DNA from: an uncultured delta proteobacterium
GTDB lineage: Bacteria; Desulfobacterota; WTBG01; CAIYCZ01; CAIRTM01
DNA: 64,000 nucleotides
Assembly: GCA_963804955.1 (NCBI GenBank)
Contig: CAWDSQ010000001.1
Location: 1 to 64,000, forward strand
Direction of reading: 5' to 3'
In this document: piece after piece, positions 54,863 through 64,000 of the stretch
Layout: every line of letters begins with the position of its first letter
Numbering within the stretch: position 1 is the first letter of the stretch
Program-made: the position numbers and the translations under genes
The notes under the pieces: generated by a model
Told to the model about the DNA's origin: nothing
Database searches by the model: none
The model's input: the letters and a program-made list of their open reading frames with translations, nothing else

Positions 54863-55581
54863 ATGTCTGACACAGTCACACTGACAATAGACGGCAGAAA
54901 AATAAGCGTTCACGCGGGAACGACGATCATGGAGGCTGCGCGGAGCGTCAATATCGACATTCCCAATCTCTGCAGCAATGAAGAGCTTGCGCCCTACGGC
55001 GCCTGCAGGCTCTGCATGGTTGAAATAGTCCATGGCAAAAGGACCCGCACTGGTGACCTCCTGCATCTATGAGGTGGCAGAGGGCCTTGAGGTGACAGAC
55101 CGTTACCGAGCGCGTGCTCAATGTGCGCAAACTGGTCATCGAGCTGCTGCTTGCCCGCAACCCCTATCATCCCCGGCTGCTCGACATTGCCGGCGGAGAT
55201 CGGCGTGGCGGGCTCGCGCTTTAAGGAGGATGTACAAGGGCTGCATCCTGTGCGGCCAGTGCGTGCGCACCTGCCGCGAGGTGGTGGGCGTTGCCGCCAT
55301 CGGCTTTAAAGGCCGCGGCAGCACCCGCATGGTTGTTACGCCTTTTGACAAGGCGCCGCCCGACTGCATCGCCTGCGGCTCCTGCTCCTATATTTGCCCG
55401 GTCAACGTCATTCCGCTGGAAGATAAGCCAGCCGTGCGCACGATCTGGAAGACCGAGTTTCCCATGGCAGTCGTGCAAAAAGTGCGGCCGCCCCTTTGCT
55501 CCGGAAAAGCAGCTGGCCTACTTCCGTAAAATCGCCAACCTGCCCGAGAATCATTTCGATACCTGTATTCAGTGCAGGTAA
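54863..55581 (+). CDS. Short NuoG/HydA-N-terminal-like Fe-S subunit with no catalytic domain (several frameshifts)
   Basis: IPNLC...GACRLCMVE...LVTSC (2Fe-2S), CILCGQCVRTC, CIACGSCSYICP and terminal CKKC...CIQC. Confidence 0.85.
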
Positions 55582-55934
55582 GCGCCGGAATGGCCGACCT
55601 GCAGCAGCCAACCGCAGGTTGCTTGCGTGGGCCTGCTTTGCGCCTCCTGCGCTCAAGGGATAGGTGCAAAACCTGTTTCCTTGTGCTATCCTTAACCCTG
55701 TTTGGGTCTTTTGACAGCGCTCCCTATCGCCTTTTTATGCTGAAAATTTTTCCGGATGGAACCCTGCATGAGCATATCCGGGCGTTGACTCCCGGCAAAG
55801 GATCCGTGCCTTCAGAGTATCTACACGCAACACATGCCTGCGAAGAAGCACAGGCATCCGGGCTAACCCAACAGATGATTGGTTCCGGGGTTTTCGTTGA
55901 CTCACCAAACAGACTTTGCGGGGGTATACATTCC

Positions 55935-57413
55935 ATGAGTGCGGTCGACACGGATGTCGTCATCATCGGCTCGGGTTTGGGCGGCCTTACCAGCGCAATT
56001 CTTTTGGGAGAGATGGGGCTCAGGGCGATGATCATTGAACGCAACCCCCTTCCCGGCGGGTTGTTGCGCAGTTATACGCGGCAGGGCATTGACTGCGCCG
56101 TCGGGCTCCATTATTTCGGCCCTGCAGGTGAGGGCGAGCTGCTGAGGCAGATGTTTGATGTTCTTGGCGTAACCGACAAGCTGAAGCTGCGGCGTCTGGG
56201 CACAGGCGGAATTCTTGAGCGCTATATTTTTGATGATCTGACCTTTGATCTCCCCCCAACTTTCACGGGTTTTGATCAGGCTCTTCGCAGCATGTGCCCC
56301 AATGAGAGCGATGCAATTGACACTATTGTTTCCGTTGTGCGCTCACTTGCTCATGGCCTGCACTTCGACGCCACAGGCCGGCTGCAGTCAAACCTCTTTT
56401 CCTTTGTGGGCTTCAACCAGAGCATGGAGGATTTTCTGCAAGCCGCGGGATGTTCAAAAAAGCTTCACGATATTCTCACGGTGCACGGGTTCTGGACCGG
56501 GCTGCCCATGGATACATGTCCCGCCTATCTTCTTCTCTACACGCTGGGAGCGCTGCTCCGGTCGGCATGGGAGCTTGGCTGTACCGGCGCGCAGATGGTG
56601 GAGGCCTATGTCGAGCGCAGCCGTGCAACAGGGGCGGACCTGCTGCTGGGCGATCCTGTTGAGCATATTTTTGTTCGCGATGGCCGCGCATGCGGCGTCG
56701 GGCTGAAGTCAGGCCGCACCATGTCATGCCGGAAAATTATCGCGGGCATTCATCCCAAGCTCGTGCTGCCCATGCTTCCCGACGGCGCTATCCCTGCAGA
56801 GTATCGCCAGGGGCTTATGAATCTTGAGGAAACGCCGGGCGCGGTCTGCGTTCGTCTGCTGGTGAGTCAGAAACAGCATGAAGCCCCCGGCTATAACCTG
56901 TTTCGCATTCATAAGGTGGACAGGGTCACTATAGACGGAACTTTTTTTCAGCTGCGGCAGAGTGAACGTGCCGGATGGAATGTGCTCACCATGATCCGGG
57001 GGTCGGACTGCGCGGACTGGAAAAAGTGGCAGGACACGCATACCGGCAGCCGGGGCCCGGACTATGAGCAGGCGAAGATGCGCGCTGCCGAGTCGATGAT
57101 CAAGACGGCCCGCACCGTGCTGGGAACCCTTGAGGATTACCTGATTCTTGATATTTCAACACCCCTTACAACTCGCGACCGGGTTGCAAGTCCCGAGGGC
57201 TCCATGTACGGGCTTCTGCATTCAGTAAAAAACGCTCTGCAATATGCTGTGCTGACACGCCTGCCGGTCCGCTCCCTCTACCTCGTGGGCCAGAGCGCAA
57301 TAGCGCCGGGGCTGCTGGGCGTAACCCTGAGCGTTCTGCGCGGTGTGGGCGAAGTGGCCGGCCGTGCAAATTTTCAGAAATTTCTTGCCGGCAGGCTGGC
57401 GGGGCAGGAGTAG
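55935..57413 (+). CDS. Phytoene dehydrogenase-like FAD-dependent oxidoreductase
   Basis: IIGSGLGGL, ERNPLPGG, GLHY, STPLT, GSMYG and LYLVGQS motifs; start taken at MSAVD. Confidence 0.85.
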   Translation: MSAVDTDVVIIGSGLGGLTSAILLGEMGLRAMIIERNPLPGGLLRSYTRQGIDCAVGLHYFGPAGEGELLRQMFDVLGVTDKLKLRRLGTGGILERYIFDDLTFDLPPTFTGFDQALRSMCPNESDAIDTIVSVVRSLAHGLHFDATGRLQSNLFSFVGFNQSMEDFLQAAGCSKKLHDILTVHGFWTGLPMDTCPAYLLLYTLGALLRSAWELGCTGAQMVEAYVERSRATGADLLLGDPVEHIFVRDGRACGVGLKSGRTMSCRKIIAGIHPKLVLPMLPDGAIPAEYRQGLMNLEETPGAVCVRLLVSQKQHEAPGYNLFRIHKVDRVTIDGTFFQLRQSERAGWNVLTMIRGSDCADWKKWQDTHTGSRGPDYEQAKMRAAESMIKTARTVLGTLEDYLILDISTPLTTRDRVASPEGSMYGLLHSVKNALQYAVLTRLPVRSLYLVGQSAIAPGLLGVTLSVLRGVGEVAGRANFQKFLAGRLAGQE

Positions 57414-57467
57414 CTGCCGGCGTCTACAGATGGAATTAGCTTGGTCCTCACCGGGCACCGATAATAA

Positions 57468-57863
57468 CTACCAGACAATCTCTAGTCCTGGAACGGCATG
57501 CAGGCGTTTATCGCTGGTCACCAGTTTTGCTTTGTAATGCAATGCCGCTGCCGCGATAATACGGTCGGCAGGGTCAAAATGGGCGAAGCCCGCATGGGAT
57601 ACCGAGATTGATGCTATTTCAGATGTGATGGGCAGTACCGTTATTTTGCGGGCGTCAAGGATGAGTTGAAGAAATGTTTGGCCGTCGGTTCCCGGATTGA
57701 TGCGATTTTTTTGTACAAGCATAGCAATTTCCCACAGCGAAATATCGCTGCAGGCAAGTTGCCCCGCATCCTCGGCTTGCTTAATCGCCCGGGCGGCCCG
57801 AGCAGTCAGCTTTTCCGGCTGCAGGGCATCAAAAATCAGGGCGCAGGTATCAAGAACCAGCAT
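57468..57863 (-). CDS. vapC: PIN-domain toxin (VapC family)
   Basis: LVLDTCALI, ISLWEI, DPADRII and LVTSD motifs. Confidence 0.9.
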   Translation of the reverse strand: MLVLDTCALIFDALQPEKLTARAARAIKQAEDAGQLACSDISLWEIAMLVQKNRINPGTDGQTFLQLILDARKITVLPITSEIASISVSHAGFAHFDPADRIIAAAALHYKAKLVTSDKRLHAVPGLEIVW

Positions 57864-58089
57864 TATCGGCTTCCCAGTTTTCACCAATCGGGGAGACAAC
57901 ATCCCCAACCGTGCAGCAGGCGCGAAGCTCGGCCAAGCGCTTGCGCGCGGCCTCACGCTCGTCGCGCACCGGCACGAGGCTTGCCACCACTTTGCCGCGT
58001 GATGTCACCAAAAGCTGTTCTCCTTTTTTTACCTTGCCGATATAGGCGGGCAGATGGCTTCGCAATTCGGTAATATTTATCTGACGCAT
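57850..58089 (-). CDS. Phd/YefM family antitoxin
   Basis: INITELRSHL...GEQLLVTSRGKVVASLVP; overlaps the toxin start. Confidence 0.9.
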   Translation of the reverse strand: MRQINITELRSHLPAYIGKVKKGEQLLVTSRGKVVASLVPVRDEREAARKRLAELRACCTVGDVVSPIGENWEADNAGS

Positions 58090-58098
58090 AAGACCTCT

Positions 58099-58133
58099 CC
58101 TTTAACCGTACACTTACAATGTACAGTTAAAGG
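58099..58133. promoter_or_regulatory. Inverted-repeat operator upstream of the TA operon
   Basis: CCTTTAACCGTACA-N7-TGTACAGTTAAAGG (13/14 match) adjacent to the RBS. Confidence 0.7.
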
Positions 58134-59602
58134 TTCAATAAGTCAATTCTTTTGCCGCTGGGAATCCGGGGTTTTATCCGGCTCAAAATGCTGTTTGGCC
58201 GCAAGAAAAGACGGCAGATGCCGCAGGAGATGGAACATGCTCCACCGGTGCTGCCAGATGCGCCGGGCGAATGTGCGGCGCCAGGTGGGGTCGGTAGTAG
58301 AAGCGCTTGACATGGCTGTTGTACAGGTAAGTCGAGCTTTTCTTTTGATTCAATGGCCTTCGGGACGAACACGAAATTCAGGCAGTTCATCAGCTTCCAG
58401 TTTTCCTCAAAGGTCCCTTCATCGCGCAGCTCCTGCCAGACAGGCGCGCCCGGGAAGGGCGTAAATTTCGACATGTTCATGTCATCCAGCCCCAGGGACA
58501 TCACAAAGTCGCTCGTTGCCTGAATCGATGCTTCCGTCTCGCCCGGCAGGCCCATCATGAAAAGCCCCTTTGCCCTGAGGCCGCAGGCTTTGATCCGGGC
58601 AACGGTGTCGCGGACCTCATCAAGCGTTACCCCTGCCTTATGGCGCTCAAGCATCGCCGGATCTGCCGATTCGATACCAACCGATACCATGAGGCAGCCT
58701 GCTGCTTTGAGCGTTTTCAGAAGATCATTGTCTGCATGCCCGACCCGCACAGCGCAGTTGAACTGTATGCCCGAGAGGCTTTGCGGTCAAAAGGCGGCAC
58801 AGCTCGAAAATGCGGGGCCTGTTCAGGGTAAATAAATCATCATAAATATTTATATGCCGCACGCCGAAGCGCTGGCGCAGGTGCTTCATATGCTCATAGA
58901 TGTATTCAGGCGAGTTGTACCGGTACGAGCGCTTAAAGACAGAGCGGTCGCAGTATGAGCACTCATAGGGGCAGCCGCGGCTGGTTGACATGGTTGCGCC
59001 GGGAATTTCGATGAAGCTGAACAGGGGCAGGTTGTATGAACGGGGAAAACCTTTCAGGCCTTCATAGTCAGGAAAAGGCAGCTGGTCCAGATCCGGCAGG
59101 GGCGCGCGGGGAGCATTGGTAACAATCTTTTCACCATCGCGCCAGATGAGGCCGTTGATATGCTGCGGGGTTTGACCTGATGCAAGCTCTGAAAGGGTTG
59201 CCTCTCCTTCTCCGGGAGATCAGATAATCAATGCCGGGAAAGTCCTGCAGCAGAGTCGCACCAAGGGCTGACACATGCACGCCGCCAAAGACGGTTTTGA
59301 CCTGCGGGCGGGCTTGTTTGATCATGTCTGCCATATCATTGCCGTCGAGAAAACTTGACGTGGTCGTTGAAAAGCCGACCAGATCGGGAGTCTGCGGCAA
59401 GCACGGCCTGTACATTTTCTGCAATGCTCTGAGGCGCTTCCGGGCCGAGGCAGTCATGAATGAAAACCTGATGACCGTTGCGCTTCAGATAGGCGGATAT
59501 TGACAGCAGTCCCAGAGGCGCCATCCTGTTTGCCGTGGCGGTAATATCCTTTTTACCGGGGACCCAGTTTGATCCGGCCGGATGGACAAGCATGATGCGC
59601 AT
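58127..59602 (-). CDS. B12-binding radical SAM protein (multiple frameshifts; 3' end approximate)
   Basis: APLGLLSISAYL, FGGVHVS, TSRGCPYECSYC, YDDLFT, GIESA, GLPGET and FTPFPG motifs. Confidence 0.85.
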
Positions 59603-59629
59603 GGCAATTTAAAGATGAAGGATTTAAAA

Positions 59630-59770
59630 AGAAGTCAGAATTCAGTAGCCGGAATTCAGAATAGAAGATTCACAGCAAACCTAAGCATCGGGAACCGTGC
59701 ACCTGCATGAATTTTTCGAATCTTGAATTGTTTTCCTTCTGACTTCTGGATTCTGAATTCTGGCTACTTC
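59630..59770 (-). repeat. Heptamer-array inverted-repeat element, copy 1
   Basis: Arms of CAGAATT/CAGTAGC units facing TTCTG(A/G)N units. Confidence 0.75.
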
Positions 59771-61113
59771 CCGCTGCCTATCGAAAAACTTTTCAATCCT
59801 TTCCCGGTCATGTTTCCCTGTTGGAAGCACGGGAATGGAATCAACGATTTTGATATGGCGGGGGATGGCATAGGGTTCGCATAGTTTTTGACAAGCCCGG
59901 CCCTTATTGCTGGTGCATCGCATGCTGCCTACAACAAGGGCAGCAATATCGCTGCCCCTGCCGGTGCGGGCTGCATTGCAAAGACCGACGGCATCACAAA
60001 CGCCCGAGAGCGTTTTTAATTTATCGCACACTTCAGCAAGATCTACCCGCCTGCCGCCGACTTTTACAATATTGTCGGCCCGGCCATGAAGGGTAAAGCT
60101 GTCGGCCCCGCATGGGTTCTGCGCGGTCGGCAGTGGTAAAAAAGCCATCCTGATCGCGGGGCAGCTCGGGCGAGAGAAAATCCGAGCGCACCAGCAGCTG
60201 CCCATTGAGTATCTTCCAGTCAATGCCTTGAAACGCGCGGCATACATGCCTGTCGGCCGGGGAAGCTGTCCATGCAATGCCTCCTGTTTCCGTGGAGCCG
60301 TAAATTTCGGTGACGGCAATACCGGTTTTTTCATAAAAATACTCGGCATCAGGCCGTGGAGCATGCCGGCAGATGAAAAAGCCAGCCTGAGGGTATAGCG
60401 CTGCAGGTTTTCGGTTTTCAGCACATGATACTGCGACGGGAACGCTTACTAAAATTGTAGCCTCCGAATCTCTGGCTGCGGCAAGAATTTCTTGCGGAAA
60501 TGAATACACGGGCTCAAGCACGGTGCAGCCCGACATGAGCGGCACCAGAACGGAAAAAAGCAGCCCGTAAATGTGCTGTGGCGGCACGGTTGAAAGAATA
60601 CAATCATCGGGGGCCTATGCCAAATGTTTCTGCAAGAAGCTGCGCTTCGCCAAAAAGGTTCCGTGCGGTTTTAGACCACAGCTTTGGTTTGCCGGTTGAG
60701 CCGCCGGTAAAGAGCATGACTCGCGGCGCATCGGCATCACCTGCAGTATACACAAGAGGCGCAGGCAGAATGCCACGCTCTCTGGCGTGATAACCGTGTA
60801 GCCTGTGGGCGGGCATCTTTGCTGCTGGAGAGGATTTTTGAAAAAGGGATGCTTGACTCGCGCATCGTCGAGAGCCTGCTGGAAAAGGCATAGGGAATAA
60901 TGATGCGCGGCCCGCCGCACGCAGCGGCAAGCAGGGCAGCGGCCATACGGGTTTTGTCCTGCGTCCAGAGGCAGAGGGGCTCATCCGGTGAACTAAGGCT
61001 GCACAGGCCTGCAGCTAAAGGCCACATCAGCCCGGTTTGGCCACCGGCAATGAACGGGCTTGAAGGCGGCTGCCGGTACTACGATTAAGGCAATCAGTCA
61101 GTTTGTCTTTCAT
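59681..61113 (-). CDS. AMP-dependent acyl-CoA/acyl-ACP ligase (multiple frameshifts)
   Basis: LFTGGSTGKPK, VPPQHIYGL, EIYGSTETGGIA, TADR, GRADNIVKVGG and LPTGK motifs. Confidence 0.8.
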
Positions 61114-61264
61114 GGTTTTAAAAAAGCAATTTCTGGATAGGCCCGTAGAGCAGGGGGTATTTCTTGACTTTTCGGGCTGTTTATATTCTATTCACATAAT
61201 CCTGCTGCTATCAGCACATGCTTTAAGTAGCATGATTTTGTCCAATTGCCAATTACAGTGTTCT

Positions 61265-61686
61265 ATGCCCGACAGAGCTATTGATGATTTGATACCGCAT
61301 CGCGGCCGAATGAAGCTGATCGGGTCGATTGTGCAGGTCAGCAATGATATCGCCGTTACCTCGGCAGTTGTGGCCGATACCTGGCCCCTGTGTGCACGGG
61401 GCTTCAGTGAACCCGATCGTGCTCATAGAGGTAGCTGCGCAGACGGCGGGCGTGCTCTCCTGCTGGAAAAAGGGCGAGAGCAGATCGGCCTTCACAGCCG
61501 GAATGCTTACGGGCATCAAAAGCGCTGAATTTTTTGTCGACCAGGTGCCTCTGCACGCAGAGCTGATCACCACGGCCACGATCATGTACAGCCTTGATGA
61601 TTATGAGGCAATTGAGGCAACGGTCATGCTGGGACGAGCAGTGCCTCTGCAAAGTGCAGCTGCAGATATTCGGGGTGCGGGGATAA
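61265..61686 (+). CDS. Hotdog-fold 3-hydroxyacyl-ACP dehydratase (ApeP/FabZ-like; frameshifts)
   Basis: LIPHRGRMKLI, LIEVAAQTAG and GMLTGIK motifs. Confidence 0.75.
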
Positions 61687-61689
61687 AAA

Positions 61690-61871
61690 CAGGATTCAGA
61701 AGCCAGAATCCAGAGTCCAGGAATTCAGAAGAAAAAAATTCAAACTGCAGGGCAGGATCCTGGCCTGCATGGGTTCGGAGTTCGTAGTATGGGCATCCGC
61801 CGTGGCGAATCCTTGCCCAAGTGTGCTTTGTATCTTCTATTCTGAATTCTGACTACTGGATTCTGGATTCT
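61690..61871 (+). repeat. Heptamer-array inverted-repeat element, copy 2
   Basis: CAGGATT CAGAAGC CAGAATC CAGAGTC ... TTCTGAA TTCTGAC TACTGGA TTCTGGA. Confidence 0.75.
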
Positions 61872-61907
61872 AAAGATTATTGCTAAACTTTACAGACCGG
61901 GAGCTGT

Positions 61908-62636
61908 ATGGACAATCAGAAGATCGCCATCGTCACCGGCGGCAGCCGCGGCATAGGCCGTGCTATTGCCTGTGAGCTTGCCGCTGCGGGCTATTATGTC
62001 ATCATAACCTACAAGACAAATGACGCGCAGGCGCAGGAGACGGTTGCAGGCATTCAGGCACAGGGCGGCGCAGCAGAGGCTGTGAAGTTTGACGTGGCTG
62101 ATGCTGCAGAGGCCGCCCTGCAGATGAATGCCATCTGCAGCCGGTTTCAAAACATACAGGTGCTGGTCAATAATGCCGGCATTACCGCAGACGGCTTGTT
62201 CATGCTCATGACCGAGACAGAGTGGAACTCGGTGATCGATACATCGCTCAAAGGCTTTTACAATGTCACGCAGCCGGTGCTGAAAAAAATGGCCGTGAAT
62301 CACAGCGGGTCGATTGTGGCTATTTCCTCTGTGTCGGCGCTTATGGGCAATCGCGGCCAGTCAAATTATGCAGCTGCCAAGGCGGGCATAATTGCCGCAT
62401 CCAAAGCCCTTGCCTGCGAAGTGGCGCGCACGGGCATCAGGGTCAATGTCGTGGCGCCGGGGCTCATCGATACGGAAATGATCAAGGATGTTCCCGTGCT
62501 GAAAATCAAAGAGATAATACCCATGGCGCGCATTGGCAAACCGGAGGAGGTGGCAAAGGTTGTGCGCTTTCTCTGCTCCGATGATGCCTCCTATGTTACC
62601 GGCCAGGTCATCTCGGTCAATGGGGGCATGTTTTAG
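61908..62636 (+). CDS. fabG: 3-oxoacyl-ACP reductase
   Basis: TGGSRGIG, NNAGI, GQSNYAAAK, APGLIDT and YVTGQVISVNGGM motifs. Confidence 0.92.
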   Translation: MDNQKIAIVTGGSRGIGRAIACELAAAGYYVIITYKTNDAQAQETVAGIQAQGGAAEAVKFDVADAAEAALQMNAICSRFQNIQVLVNNAGITADGLFMLMTETEWNSVIDTSLKGFYNVTQPVLKKMAVNHSGSIVAISSVSALMGNRGQSNYAAAKAGIIAASKALACEVARTGIRVNVVAPGLIDTEMIKDVPVLKIKEIIPMARIGKPEEVAKVVRFLCSDDASYVTGQVISVNGGMF

Positions 62637-62637
62637 G

Positions 62638-63261
62638 ATGAAAAGGGCAAAGCCGATGCGCCGGCTGCTTTCTCTTGGCTGTATGCGCGACTGCTGCTGT
62701 CCGGCTGGTCAGGCTCATGGGAAACCCTACAGAAGGAGTCTGAAAAGATTACCTCCGTGAGCGCCCGTTTCACGCAGTCAAAAAATATGCGCATACTTTC
62801 TAAACCCCTCGTTTCGACCGGCAGCTTTTATTTTAAAGCGCCGGACTCCGTGCGCTGGGAATATGAAGCGCCGGTGAAGAGCATTCTGCTGATGCATGAG
62901 GGTTCAGTCAAGCGGTATACGCAGGGAGCCAGGGGACTTACCGAGGATGCAGGGGCGGCTCTGCAGTCGATGAATGTGATGCTGCAGGAAATAGCCCTGT
63001 GGAGCAAGGGGCGGTTTACTGAAAGCCCGGGCTTTGCAGCCGTGCTGAAAGCGGGCGACGGGCCGGCAATTCTGCTGACGCCCCGGGACGAAGGGCTTGG
63101 CAAAAATTATAACCGGTATCGAAATTGCGCTTGCACCGGACAGGCCCGGCGTGATTTCAACTATCACCATTCGCGAGGGCGAAGGGGGCACAACGGTCTT
63201 GCAGTTCAGCGATGTGCAGATCAATGCAGCGCTGAGCGACAGCGTGTTTCGGAGCCCGTGA
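62638..63261 (+). CDS. LolA-family outer-membrane lipoprotein carrier-like protein (frameshifts)
   Basis: SARFTQSK...LSKPLVSTGSFYFKAPDSVRWEY...TVLQFSDVQINAALSDSVF, translated manually. Confidence 0.75.
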
Positions 63262-63930
63262 TGAAAAAATGCAGGTCCATTATTCTTTTGTGCGCGCTGG
63301 CTGCGGCGCTGCTGCCGGCATGCGCAGGCCCCCGGCATATACGGCCCGAGCCGGTAAATCCTGCGCTGTGCAGGCTGCCTTTCACCAGCACGAGCTGCCG
63401 CTATATTCACGCTCTTGATGCCGAACTGCCCGGCGGCACGCGCATGACGGTTATGGGCATTTCGGTTATTGATCCTGGGGCTGATACGATACAGGCCGCC
63501 ATTATGACGCTGGAAGGGCTGCTGCTTTTTGATGCCACGGCATCGGCCGGCAGCATGCAGGTGCATCGCGCTTTGCCGCCTTTTGACGGGCCGCAGTTTG
63601 CCGAAGGGCTTATGCGGGATGTGCGGTTTATTTTTATGTTTCCTGCCGGTGCGCCTGCAATGACCGGCAGGCTTGATGACGGTTCATCCGTCTGCCGGTA
63701 TCAGGACACATTCGGTATGACGGTTGATGTGATCGTTCATCCTGGCCGGGGCTGGGAGGTTGAGCAGTATTCAACCTTCGGTAAAAAGCTGCGCAGCTTA
63801 AAAATTGATGCACTGCAGAACGGCATTCCCGGCATGCTGGAGTTTGAGGCCTTCAGCCCGAAGCCCTATGCCCTGCACCTGAAGCTGATCAGCGCCGAGC
63901 CGGTCACGCCGGATGACAAAAGTAAAATTG
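63261..63930 (+). CDS. Putative lipoprotein (3' end uncertain)
   Basis: MKK + hydrophobic stretch + LPAC lipobox; reading frame stays open to the window end, so it is absent from the ORF track. Confidence 0.65.
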
Positions 63931-63944
63931 CTGGCGTGCACTGT

Positions 63945-64000
63945 ATGAAATTCAAACTCATCTACCCGCAATGGAAAAAGCTTGAACGGCAGACCGAATT
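63945..64000 (+). CDS. 5' end of a probable B12-binding radical SAM protein (truncated by the window)
   Basis: MKFKLIYPQWKKLERQTE resembles the N-terminus of radical SAMs found in such lipid clusters; only 18 residues are visible. Confidence 0.45.
   Translation, partial: MKFKLIYPQWKKLERQTE

Noticed and set aside
55572..55934. N-terminal extension of the 613-aa oxidoreductase ORF
   Set aside because: The FAD-binding motif begins just after the ATG at 55935 and the upstream part has no domain features.
59630..61871. Repeat tracts as a CRISPR array
   Set aside because: The units are contiguous degenerate 7-mers with no unique spacers, and there are no cas genes.
1..64000. Widespread frameshifts as pseudogenisation, phase variation or programmed frameshifting
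   Set aside because: Single-base indels hit many otherwise well-conserved genes (por, nuoF-like, DAHP synthase, wzt) with motifs intact and little sign of nonsense decay. This fits long-read assembly error; read polishing would settle it.

Overview
Bacterial genomic DNA, most likely from an anaerobic Deltaproteobacteria/Desulfobacterota-like organism (inferred from gene content and repeat types). It looks like a long-read assembly: many conserved genes are broken by single-base indels, so the reconstructed coordinates below are approximate. About 2.5-48.5 kb is a mosaic cell-surface glycan region. It holds many GT2/GT4/GT8 glycosyltransferases and methyltransferases, two divergent Wzm/Wzt ABC exporters, an autoregulated wHTH regulator, a ColD-like PLP enzyme fused to a GT2 next to an Fcl-like reductase, a self-contained nucleotide-heptose cassette (tal-gmhB-gmhA-hddC-hddA plus three oxidoreductases) and several GT-C-like membrane proteins. 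A DAHP synthase, an IS remnant and gene remnants are interspersed. 49.3-55.6 kb is a four-subunit 2-oxoacid:ferredoxin oxidoreductase operon tightly coupled to a NuoEFG/HydCBA-like module that has electron-bifurcation motifs but no hydrogenase subunit. 55.9-64 kb is the start of a type II fatty-acid tailoring cluster (phytoene-dehydrogenase-like enzyme, B12 radical SAMs, acyl ligase, hotdog dehydratase, FabG, LolA-like protein, lipoprotein). It is interrupted by a VapBC module and carries two homologous heptamer-repeat hairpin elements. No rRNA, tRNA or CRISPR array was seen.
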